From Candidatus Hydrogenedentota bacterium (GTDB lineage Bacteria; Hydrogenedentota; Hydrogenedentia; Hydrogenedentales; SLHB01), in contig BTVY01000019.1 of assembly GCA_045863335.1 (NCBI GenBank), positions 6,939 to 70,938 on the forward strand: a stretch of 64,000 bases of DNA. The letters are read 5' to 3'. Below the pieces are notes generated by a model. It saw nothing but the letters and a program-made list of their open reading frames with translations, was not told where the DNA came from and ran no database searches. Below are positions 19,182-26,972 of the stretch, piece after piece; within the stretch, counting starts at the first letter, position 1; each line of letters opens with the position of its first letter. The position numbers and the translations under genes were made by a program.

Positions 19182-20699
19182 ATGGACCCGGTTTCGACCC
19201 CGAAATGCCAATTGTGGCAACCATCAATGGCGTGGGTGGCAAGAGTGCTTGCCGCCCTGGCCATTGTCCTCACGGGATCGATCGCCGCTCTGGCGGCGGA
19301 GGCTCCCGCGCTGCCGGAAGGGCTCGGAGAATCCCCGCCGAGCGAAGGCCCTGCGCTCCCCGAAGGGCTCGGCGATGCGCCCGCGCCCTCGGAACCTGCC
19401 CTCCCCGAAGGCATGGATTCCGGACCGGAGTTGCCTGCTGGTCTGGGTGATGAGGTGGATACCGCGACTACGAAGGACCAAGAATCGCCGGATATGGATT
19501 TGGTTGATCGGTTACCGCCCTGGTTCCACGGCTATTGGGAAACGCGCGCCGGCGTCCGTGTGCAAGACGACCCGGCCCAATCGAAAGACCTCATTCTCGG
19601 CGAGACTCGCGTACAATTGGAACTTGAGAAATCGTGGGATCAGGCCATTCTCGAGTTTACCGGAGATGTGTACGGAGACGCCGTCCTGGAGGAGGGCGAG
19701 TTCGACTTACGGCAACTCCGCCTTACGTGGCGGCCGCTTGATTCCATCGACATCCGCCTGGGACGCCAAATCCTCACTTGGGGCACGGGCGACTTGCTCT
19801 TCATCAACGACATGTTCCCCAAGGATTGGCAATCCTTCTTCATCGGCCGGGATACGGAATACCTGAAGGCGCCGTCCGACGCCGTCAAGGTTGGTTGGTA
19901 CAACAGCTTCCTGAACGTTGAACTCGTATACACGCCCCAGTTTGCGCCGGACCGTTTCATCACGGGGGAGCGCATCAGCTATTGGGATCCCTTGTTCAGC
20001 CGCTACGCGGGTTCGGACCGCCAAGTGAAGTACAACGCTCCGAGCGACTGGTTTGAAGATGACGAGTTCGCGCTGCGGCTCTACCGAAGCATCGGCTCGG
20101 TCGAGGTCGCGCTGTATGGGTATTCCGGGTACTGGAAAAGCCCGGGGGGGCAGCATTTCCCGCCTTTGCAGGCGTCCTTCCCCAAGCTGAACGTCTACGG
20201 CGCGAGTGTGCGCGGCAACGTCTTCAAAGGGATTGGCAACGTCGAAGTAGGCTATTACGATTCGCGCCAAGACCGGAGTGGCAGCAGTCCCTTTATTAAC
20301 AACAGTGAATTCCGGCTGCTCGTGGGGTACGAGCAGGAACTTGCCAAGGAACTGACCGGCTCAATTCAGTACTACCTCGAACACATGATGGATTATGAGT
20401 CGTATCGCAATGCTGTTTTCACCCGGGTTCTTGGTGAGCCGCGCGACGAAAATCGGCACGTGTTTACCGTCCGGCTGACGAAACTGCTCATGAATCAAAA
20501 CCTCAGACTGTCCCTGTTCGCGTACTACAGCCCTTCCGACAGCGACGCCTACCTGCGGCCCCACCTGAGCTACAAGGTGAACGACCACTGGACAGTTGAG
20601 GCAGGCGGAAACCTGTTCTCCGGAGCTTGGGACCAGACGTTCTTTGGGCAATTCGAGAATAACTCGAACGTGTATGCCGGGGTACGGTTCTCATTTTAG
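19182..20699 (+). CDS. Outer-membrane beta-barrel protein with disordered repeat N-terminus
   Basis: 505-aa ORF with a signal peptide and alternating beta-strand pattern. The C-terminal …NVYAGVRFSF ends in Phe, an OMP signature. Confidence 0.8.
   Translation: MDPVSTPKCQLWQPSMAWVARVLAALAIVLTGSIAALAAEAPALPEGLGESPPSEGPALPEGLGDAPAPSEPALPEGMDSGPELPAGLGDEVDTATTKDQESPDMDLVDRLPPWFHGYWETRAGVRVQDDPAQSKDLILGETRVQLELEKSWDQAILEFTGDVYGDAVLEEGEFDLRQLRLTWRPLDSIDIRLGRQILTWGTGDLLFINDMFPKDWQSFFIGRDTEYLKAPSDAVKVGWYNSFLNVELVYTPQFAPDRFITGERISYWDPLFSRYAGSDRQVKYNAPSDWFEDDEFALRLYRSIGSVEVALYGYSGYWKSPGGQHFPPLQASFPKLNVYGASVRGNVFKGIGNVEVGYYDSRQDRSGSSPFINNSEFRLLVGYEQELAKELTGSIQYYLEHMMDYESYRNAVFTRVLGEPRDENRHVFTVRLTKLLMNQNLRLSLFAYYSPSDSDAYLRPHLSYKVNDHWTVEAGGNLFSGAWDQTFFGQFENNSNVYAGVRFSF
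19308..19451 (+). repeat. Four in-frame copies of (A)LP(E/A)G(L/M)(G/D) at the barrel N-terminus
   Basis: The copies are ALPEGLGE, ALPEGLGD, ALPEGMDS and ELPAGLGD, separated by Pro/Ser/Ala/Glu linkers. Confidence 0.9.
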
Positions 20700-20973
20700 C
20701 CCAACGGTCAACCGGCTGTCCGATCAACAGATTCTCAGTCATTTTACGGGGTTTTCGGTTTTGTTTTGGTAATGTTAGTAAATGCAGTGGAATTCCGAAC
20801 AAGGAACGACATCGACGATGTCATGGATACTTTTCATGGGGCCCGCCGTCAGTGTTTGGCTTCCAAGATGCGGAGCTAAACTATTTAAATTGAATAGCTT
20901 AGTTCGTATTGACCCCTCGCCCTTCCCGGGCAGGTGACGCCTCCATATCCTCTGGATCGATTGCCGCGCCTCG

Positions 20974-20993
20974 TGTGGATAACCTGTGGAAAA
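20974..20993 (-). promoter_or_regulatory. Two tandem DnaA-box-like 9-mers
   Basis: TGTGGATAA (20974-20982) is the reverse complement of the perfect TTATCCACA. TGTGGAAAA (20985-20993) is the reverse complement of TTTTCCACA, one mismatch from consensus. Both have the same orientation, with starts 11 bp apart. Confidence 0.5.
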
Positions 20994-21044
20994 GTCGACC
21001 CGAAATGTTGAAAAACCGGGGCCGTTGGGTTTCTATCGCACCTT

Positions 21045-22571
21045 TTACGAAGTGCGGGTGCCTGCCGCTTTCGCTGCCTTGATGCTGTCCAGGCGGGGAA
21101 CCGAGTAGGTGCCCATAATCATCTGATCGAGGATGCTGGCGTCCGTGCACCAGAAATGGGCGTTTTCCAAGGATATCTCCTTCTTCTTATACATTCCGTA
21201 CAGGTAATTCTCGAAGAGGAACGAGTGCGACACGGTCTGCTGCATGCCCACGCGAATCCCGTCGGTGTCGCCCTCCAGGATAGCGTCGTTGATGGGCTTG
21301 ATGTCGTTGAACATGACTTCAAGCGCCGGGAGCCGGCCCCCGCCAATCTTGGGCACGAGCCGCTGGCAAATCACACAGCGCAGGCAGTCGCGAATCTGCA
21401 GTTTCACAAGGTCGCGTTCGACAGGGTCGAAAAAGCTCACGATTCGGTTGATGACTTCATAGGCCGTGTTCGAGTGAAGGGTGCTAATGACCAGGTGACC
21501 GGTCGCCGCGGCGCTGATGGCCGACCGGATCGTATCGGGATCGCGCATTTCGCCGATGACAATCACGTCGGGATCGTGGCGCAGGGCGCCCGTGACGGCG
21601 TCAAAGAAACTGGGGGTATCGGTACCGGTGTTTCGTTGCGACATGAGTGACTTCTTGTCGTGGTGAACGTACTCGACCGGATTCTCGATGGTGAGGATAT
21701 GGGATGTATTGTGCGTGTTAATGTAGTCGACCAACGCGGCGACCGTCGTGGATTTGCCGCTACCGGTCATCCCGACGAGAAGGATTAGTCCGTGATGCAT
21801 ATGGGCCAGTGATTCCATCAAGTCCGGCGGAATGTGCAGGTCCTCGAAGGATGGAATGATCTCCGGCAAGTACCGGAATGTCAGGTGCGGCGCGGCCGAC
21901 TTGATGAAGCAGGACACACGCGAATACCCTAATCCGGCCTGGTGATAGCTGAAGCTGGCCTGTTGCCGCTCGGTGAACTCCTTCCAATCTTTCTCGGGCG
22001 CGATATCCCGAATCAGCGCCATGATTTGTGTGGCCGACAAGGTGGGGAGCACGTCCGACACGTGGGTTTCGCCATCGACGCGGAACACGGGAGGTTGCCC
22101 CGCGCACAGATGCACGTCGCTCGCTTTGTATTCGATCAGGGCTTTGAACAGCAGTTCAGGACTGATCGGTTCGATCCGGTGTTTCTCGCCGTGGATTCTC
22201 CAGACTTCCGGAAGCGATACCAGTTTACAATACTCATCGAGGGCTTCGAGTCCGCGATCCGGATCCTTTGCATCGGGACAAGGGCAGCGAAGGATGTTCC
22301 AGCCGTCTTCATCGGTGAGCGAACAATCCCCCTCGAAGTCGGCCACGACCTTCTGCATCATCTCGAGGGCGTGACCCTTGGCATGGGCGCGGAGCCGGTA
22401 CGAGGTGAAAGGGCCTTCCAACGCCTCGCGCTCCGCGATGATTTCCAGGGCTGCCGAGCGTGCGACGATTTTTCGCGGGACTCCTTCCTTTTCAATCAGC
22501 TCTTTTTCAGCGGTCGCAATGATCTCGCGCGCGCCCTTCTGCCGCCCCACCCCCAGGATAAACTCCGCCAT
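21045..22571 (-). CDS. pilT: PilT/PilU-family type IV pilus retraction-type ATPase with ~140-aa N-terminal extension
   Basis: 508-aa ORF. Motifs present: Walker A GMTGSGKST, Asp box ILTIENPVEY, Walker B DVIVIGEMRD, His box ATGHLVISTLHSN. Confidence 0.85.
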   Translation of the reverse strand: MAEFILGVGRQKGAREIIATAEKELIEKEGVPRKIVARSAALEIIAEREALEGPFTSYRLRAHAKGHALEMMQKVVADFEGDCSLTDEDGWNILRCPCPDAKDPDRGLEALDEYCKLVSLPEVWRIHGEKHRIEPISPELLFKALIEYKASDVHLCAGQPPVFRVDGETHVSDVLPTLSATQIMALIRDIAPEKDWKEFTERQQASFSYHQAGLGYSRVSCFIKSAAPHLTFRYLPEIIPSFEDLHIPPDLMESLAHMHHGLILLVGMTGSGKSTTVAALVDYINTHNTSHILTIENPVEYVHHDKKSLMSQRNTGTDTPSFFDAVTGALRHDPDVIVIGEMRDPDTIRSAISAAATGHLVISTLHSNTAYEVINRIVSFFDPVERDLVKLQIRDCLRCVICQRLVPKIGGGRLPALEVMFNDIKPINDAILEGDTDGIRVGMQQTVSHSFLFENYLYGMYKKKEISLENAHFWCTDASILDQMIMGTYSVPRLDSIKAAKAAGTRTS

Positions 22572-22744
22572 GGATGCTCTCCCTCTTCTCCGGCCGCGTC
22601 GGCCATCTCTGCGCGCCTCAATGCGCGCATGCCCCCGGTCTACGCGCGACCATCATACGCGGTCACAAGAGATCCGTCAATGAGCCTGCGCAAGCAAAGC
22701 AAACTGCGCAAGATGTCTCGCGTCGTGTGATGCCCTGCCAGGTA

Positions 22745-22778
22745 CAAAAAACGGGCCGCTTGCGCGCGCAAGCGGCCC
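22745..22778 (-). terminator. Rho-independent terminator of the LysM transglycosylase gene
   Basis: A perfect palindrome GGGCCGCTTGCG/CGCAAGCGGCCC (22753-22778) is followed on the minus strand by a U-run (plus-strand A-run 22746-22751). It lies 25 nt after the stop codon. Confidence 0.8.
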
Positions 22779-22802
22779 GAATGCGAATTGGAATTTCACT
22801 CG

Positions 22803-25424
22803 CTACTTTGTGTGAATCGTCACTTCTTCGCCGATCTGGAGGACGTGGCTCTTGGACCAATTGTTCCACTTGAAGAGGTCGCTGGTGGAGACGCCGTACT
22901 TTTGGGCGATGGTGGAGGGGCTTTGCCCGGCAGTGGTCTTGTGGACGATGGTCTTGCCGGATGAACTCGATGAGTTGGAACCGACGCCGCCGAGGGGCAC
23001 TTTCAGTTCCTGGCCGGCTTTGAGTACGGAGTTCTTGGAGAGCCCGTTGGCGGCGAGCAGATCGTCGACGCTCACGCCGTATTTCTGGGCGATGGTCCAG
23101 GCGCTTTCACCGGACTTTACGGTATGGCCCTGGGACGCGGCCGGCAGGGGTGAGGAGGTCCCCGTGGCCCCGGCGACCTTCAGGGTCTGCCCTGTGCGCA
23201 GTACGGCGTTTTTGGAGAGGCCGTTCATCGCGAGGAGATCGCCGAGGTCCATCCCGTACTTGGAGGCGATGGTCCAGGGGCTTTCGCCGCTGGCGACGGT
23301 GTGGCTTGCGGTCACGATGTCGGGTTCTACTGTGCTTGGGGCCGTCGGCGCCGCGGTCCCGGGCGCGGAGACGACCAGGACCTGACCAACTTTGACAATG
23401 TCGTTCTTGGAAAGGCCGTTCCATTTCAGGAAGTCGTCGAGGCTGATCCCGTGCTTGGACGCGATAACGGAGGCGCTTTCACCGGGAGCCACTTTGTGGG
23501 TCGTCTGCGGCCCGGGTTCCGCCGTGCTGGTCGACGCGGCTGCGCTTTCAAGTACTGCCGTCGTGGGTTTCTCCGGCGTGGCGGTCGACGCGACCTGTAC
23601 GGGTTGCGGCGCAGTCTTCGAGTAGACGACCAGCTCATCGCCGACGCGGATGATGGACCTCTTGCTTAGGTTGTTCCACGCGAGCAAGTTGTCGATGTCT
23701 ACTCCATGTTGTTCGGCGATCTTGGAGGGGAACTCGCCAGGCCGCACCTTGTGGATGATCTTCTGCCCATCCGGGGCCGCCGCTGGAGAACTGCCGGAGC
23801 GCGGATCGGACACGTACAGGGATTGTCCCACGCTGATGCGGGCGCGCCGGTCCAGTCCATTCCACGCTTGGAGGTCGTCGAGCGATACGCCTTTGGCGCG
23901 CGCGATGTCGTAGAGCGTGTCGCCTCGCTTTACGCGATACTCTTCCGCATTGCCGGAGTCGATTGCGGCCACGGCTGCGGCCGGCGCCGAAGGCTCAGGC
24001 GTTGCGGCGGCGGGGGCGGGTTCCGGCGCGGCCTCTCGTCCTGGAATGACGAGCTTCTTTCCGACGTGGAGCTTGCTCGCAGACCGGATTCGGTTCGCTT
24101 CCATCAGGTCCTTTACCGGCACGCCGTATTTTCTGGCGATACCGGACGGGGTTTCCCCGCGGCGGACCGTGTGCGTCGCACCGCCCGAAGTGCTCGCGTA
24201 GGTGGCCTTCTTCGGACTCTTGTAGATTTCATCCAACGCGGCCAGGAACTTCTCGTTCGCTGCCGCCGGCACGGCAATCGCATGCTCGCCGGAAGGCGGC
24301 GTCACACCCTTAATCAGATCGGGATTGAGCCGCTTCAGGGTGCCCGATTCGAGGCCGCTTTCCTTGTCGAGCATGGACAGGGAGTAGGAGCCGCGGACAG
24401 GGACGCGCACGATGGGTTCGGGGGGCTGGGGATTGCGTGTAAACCCGTAGCGTTCCGGGTTGTTGCCCACGATTACACTCGCCAAGAATTTGGGATAGAA
24501 CTTCTTGGTTTCAGTTTTCATGTGACTCGAGGCCGGCGGCGTTTCGATAAGTTGCCACAGGTCGCGCTCGCCCCCGTTCATGGCGATGGCGCGGCTGATT
24601 CCGCCTTCGCCCATGTTGTACGAGGACACAGCAAGGGGCCACTCGCCGTCGAACATGGCGTTCAAATCGCGCAGATACGCAATCGCGGCATGGGTGGCTT
24701 TCTGCCAGTCACGACGTTCGTCCACGTAGCTGTCAATCTGCAGGCCGTAGCGGGAACCGGTGGCGCGCATGAACTGCCACATGCCCGATGCCCCGGCGCG
24801 AGACGTGACGTTCGGATGGAATTGACTTTCCACCATGGCCAGCCAGACGAGATCCTTCGGCAACCCGGCTTTCATCAACTCCTGCTCGATATACGGCCGG
24901 TAGAGGTAACTGCGATCGAGGCCCCATTGGAAATTCTTGGGGTACAGTTTTTGGATCTCTTCGATTTCCGCGATGACTCGCTCATTGATGAAGCCTTTTG
25001 CGAAGAGTTCGCCCCCTACGCGCGCGTCGGGTCCTAATTCGCCGACTCCACTTCGTTCGAAGAGGTTGGCCGTTTCGGTGGTGGAATCCAGAATCCGCTC
25101 GAATTCCGTCCGGAGGCTGTAAAAGACCGATGGGTCGAGGTCCGCTTCGATCAAAAGCTGGAGCATGGTGTTGTAATGGCGAAGCGCGCCCTGTTGGTCA
25201 CCCGCTTCCTGGGCCTCGTTCGCTCTTCGGAAGGCGGCGTCGGCGGCTTTGAGCAAATCGGTTGCCGTGTCCTTGGAAACCGGATCGAGATCCTGGGCGC
25301 CTACCTTGGCGACGGGCACCGGTTCGAACTGGTGGGTTTGGTCTGGCGTGGTCGAACATCCAGCGAAGATGGCAGCGCCGGCGGTCAGAAGCCCGGCGGC
25401 TTGCAGGCATGTTGTCTTGCGCAC
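22803..25424 (-). CDS. Lipoprotein lytic transglycosylase (SLT domain) with seven C-terminal LysM domains
   Basis: 873-aa ORF with lipobox …IFAGCST. The SLT motif is …WLAMVESQFHPNVTSRAGASGMWQFM…. There are seven repeats of the type H.V..GE(S/T)...IA.KYGV...L...N.L. Confidence 0.9.
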   Translation of the reverse strand: MRKTTCLQAAGLLTAGAAIFAGCSTTPDQTHQFEPVPVAKVGAQDLDPVSKDTATDLLKAADAAFRRANEAQEAGDQQGALRHYNTMLQLLIEADLDPSVFYSLRTEFERILDSTTETANLFERSGVGELGPDARVGGELFAKGFINERVIAEIEEIQKLYPKNFQWGLDRSYLYRPYIEQELMKAGLPKDLVWLAMVESQFHPNVTSRAGASGMWQFMRATGSRYGLQIDSYVDERRDWQKATHAAIAYLRDLNAMFDGEWPLAVSSYNMGEGGISRAIAMNGGERDLWQLIETPPASSHMKTETKKFYPKFLASVIVGNNPERYGFTRNPQPPEPIVRVPVRGSYSLSMLDKESGLESGTLKRLNPDLIKGVTPPSGEHAIAVPAAANEKFLAALDEIYKSPKKATYASTSGGATHTVRRGETPSGIARKYGVPVKDLMEANRIRSASKLHVGKKLVIPGREAAPEPAPAAATPEPSAPAAAVAAIDSGNAEEYRVKRGDTLYDIARAKGVSLDDLQAWNGLDRRARISVGQSLYVSDPRSGSSPAAAPDGQKIIHKVRPGEFPSKIAEQHGVDIDNLLAWNNLSKRSIIRVGDELVVYSKTAPQPVQVASTATPEKPTTAVLESAAASTSTAEPGPQTTHKVAPGESASVIASKHGISLDDFLKWNGLSKNDIVKVGQVLVVSAPGTAAPTAPSTVEPDIVTASHTVASGESPWTIASKYGMDLGDLLAMNGLSKNAVLRTGQTLKVAGATGTSSPLPAASQGHTVKSGESAWTIAQKYGVSVDDLLAANGLSKNSVLKAGQELKVPLGGVGSNSSSSSGKTIVHKTTAGQSPSTIAQKYGVSTSDLFKWNNWSKSHVLQIGEEVTIHTK

Positions 25425-25494
25425 TGAGCAGCGTTCTCCTATTTCGTAGGGTTGCGCGAGGAGGCAACCGCCTTTGAATCCCTCTCAATTTATG

Positions 25495-25523
25495 AGTTTA
25501 GACAACTATAGATTGCGTGTCAA
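25495..25523 (-). promoter_or_regulatory. Candidate sigma70-type promoter for the transglycosylase gene
   Basis: The minus strand reads TTGACA (25523-25518), a 17-nt spacer, then TAAACT (25500-25495), about 70 nt upstream of the start at 25424. Confidence 0.4.
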
Positions 25524-25766
25524 GAGTAGAATGCGACTATATGTTGCGATTTTCGAGATTTTCGAGTTGTGGTGGTCGGGCGCTCGGCTCGCGCGCTGTG
25601 TCCCACCAATCGGTGCCCGGGAAGGTATCTTCACGTTAGCCGGGACTTGGGAACTCGCTCCCCTTCTCCAGAATTGGTGTTGCGACCAACTGGTCCCCCG
25701 CGTTCCGGGCAAAGTTGCTGCCCGCGATCCTAGTGGAAACCAGCCGGAATTGCAATGTAGATGAGA

Positions 25767-26783
25767 TTATTGGACGCCGCGTATCCGCGCCATCGAAACG
25801 TTCAAAACCAGGGCGGCCATGAGAATCGCGCCGCTGATGGACTCTTTGAGGTAGATGTCGATCTGGACGTGGTTGAGACCGTTGTACAGAATCCCGAGGG
25901 TCAACACGCCGACTACCGTGTTCGCGATGCCCCCCTTGCCCCCGAAGAGGGACGTTCCGCCGAGGACAACCGCTGAAATGCAGGCAATCAGCATGTTGTC
26001 GAGTCCACCGGCTTGGGCGCTACCGAGACGTCCGATGAGGATGATGCCGGAGAGGCCTGCGGTGATCGAGCAAATGCACAGGCAGGCGACGAGGGTAAGG
26101 GACACATTCACGCCGGACAATTGGGCGGCCTGGCGGTTGCCGCCGACAGCATAGACGCTGCGCCCGAATCGCGTATAGCGGAGAACGACCAAGGCGATGG
26201 CCAAGGCGACGGCCGCCGCAATGGTAATCAGTGGTATTTCAATCCAGGGAATCTGCTCACCGGCTTCGTTCGTGCCGTGAAGCAGCGGGATGGATTTCGT
26301 GCCAACGTAGGCCAGCACCGGGGGAATCTCGAAGATCGGGGTTCCCCGGGTGATGCGCAGGGACAACCCCTTGGTGATGAGAAAGAGGGCCAGCGTCATC
26401 ATGAAAGACGGCACGCCAAGCCGTGCGACGCCGAATCCGTTGAGCAAACCGAATCCCATGCACGCAAGCACGGCGATGAGAATGGGCAACGCCTGCACGA
26501 GCACGCCGGGCATGGCCCCGCTGGCAGCGAATGATTTGTACAGGTAGGCCGCGAGAACTCCCGCGAAGATGGCCATGTTTTCGATGCTCAAATCGATCTC
26601 GGCCGTGAGCAGAACGAAAGTGATGCCAACGGCCATGATGGCCAGGGCAGAATTCTGGCGCAGGATATTCAGCAGATTCTCGCTGGTCAGGAAGGTGTCG
26701 GTGATCAACGAGAAAAACAGGAACATGGCAACGCACGTGATCAGGGGTGCAAACGCGCCCAACTTTCCCAAAAGGTGCTTCAT
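25767..26783 (-). CDS. Sugar ABC transporter permease (BPD_transp_2, RbsC-like), no adjacent ATPase or binding protein
   Basis: The start was chosen at ATG 26783-26781 (MKHLLGKLGAFAPLITCV…). The track ORF extends to 26933, but that extension is Arg/Ser/Pro-rich and non-membrane. Typical motif: …LLTAEIDLSIENMAIFAG…. Confidence 0.8.
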   Translation of the reverse strand: MKHLLGKLGAFAPLITCVAMFLFFSLITDTFLTSENLLNILRQNSALAIMAVGITFVLLTAEIDLSIENMAIFAGVLAAYLYKSFAASGAMPGVLVQALPILIAVLACMGFGLLNGFGVARLGVPSFMMTLALFLITKGLSLRITRGTPIFEIPPVLAYVGTKSIPLLHGTNEAGEQIPWIEIPLITIAAAVALAIALVVLRYTRFGRSVYAVGGNRQAAQLSGVNVSLTLVACLCICSITAGLSGIILIGRLGSAQAGGLDNMLIACISAVVLGGTSLFGGKGGIANTVVGVLTLGILYNGLNHVQIDIYLKESISGAILMAALVLNVSMARIRGVQ

Positions 26784-26972
26784 GAAACGACTCCGCTCGA
26801 ATTGACGGGGGTAGCCTATGGTACATCCGGGACTGTCGAAATGGGAAGCACCAGTTTTTCCCCTTTTGGTTCGCCCCGGCATCGTACGTATGGAAGTCAC
26901 AGGCGCAGTTTTTGATCGAGAGGCTGTGCGCAAGTATCATCTTGCGGATTGCAACTACTAGGGGGAATCGTG

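Noticed and set aside
20782-20937. 51-codon ORF (MQWNSEQGTTSTMSWILFMGPAVSVW…) in the lower-GC convergent spacer
   Set aside because: It has no Shine-Dalgarno sequence. Its codon usage is unlike the neighbouring genes and its composition is unremarkable. It cannot be supported from sequence alone.
20700-21044. Calling this spacer the chromosomal oriC outright
   Set aside because: There are only two DnaA boxes, no dnaA/dnaN/gidA/parAB context, and no skew information within a single window. It is kept only as a hypothesis in the findings.
23706-25037. 443-aa plus-strand ORF, plus several 70-180-aa ORFs across 22850-25450
   Set aside because: All lie antisense to or out of frame with the LysM lytic transglycosylase gene, which has unmistakable SLT and LysM motifs.
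25767-26933. Long versions of several track ORFs: permease to 26933, DUF1501 to 50203, permease to 37035, membrane protein from 28325, alpha-E from 12874
   Set aside because: The upstream extensions are Arg/Pro/Ser-rich, overlap neighbouring genes or terminators, and precede internal ATGs that yield canonical family N-termini. The shorter starts are preferred.
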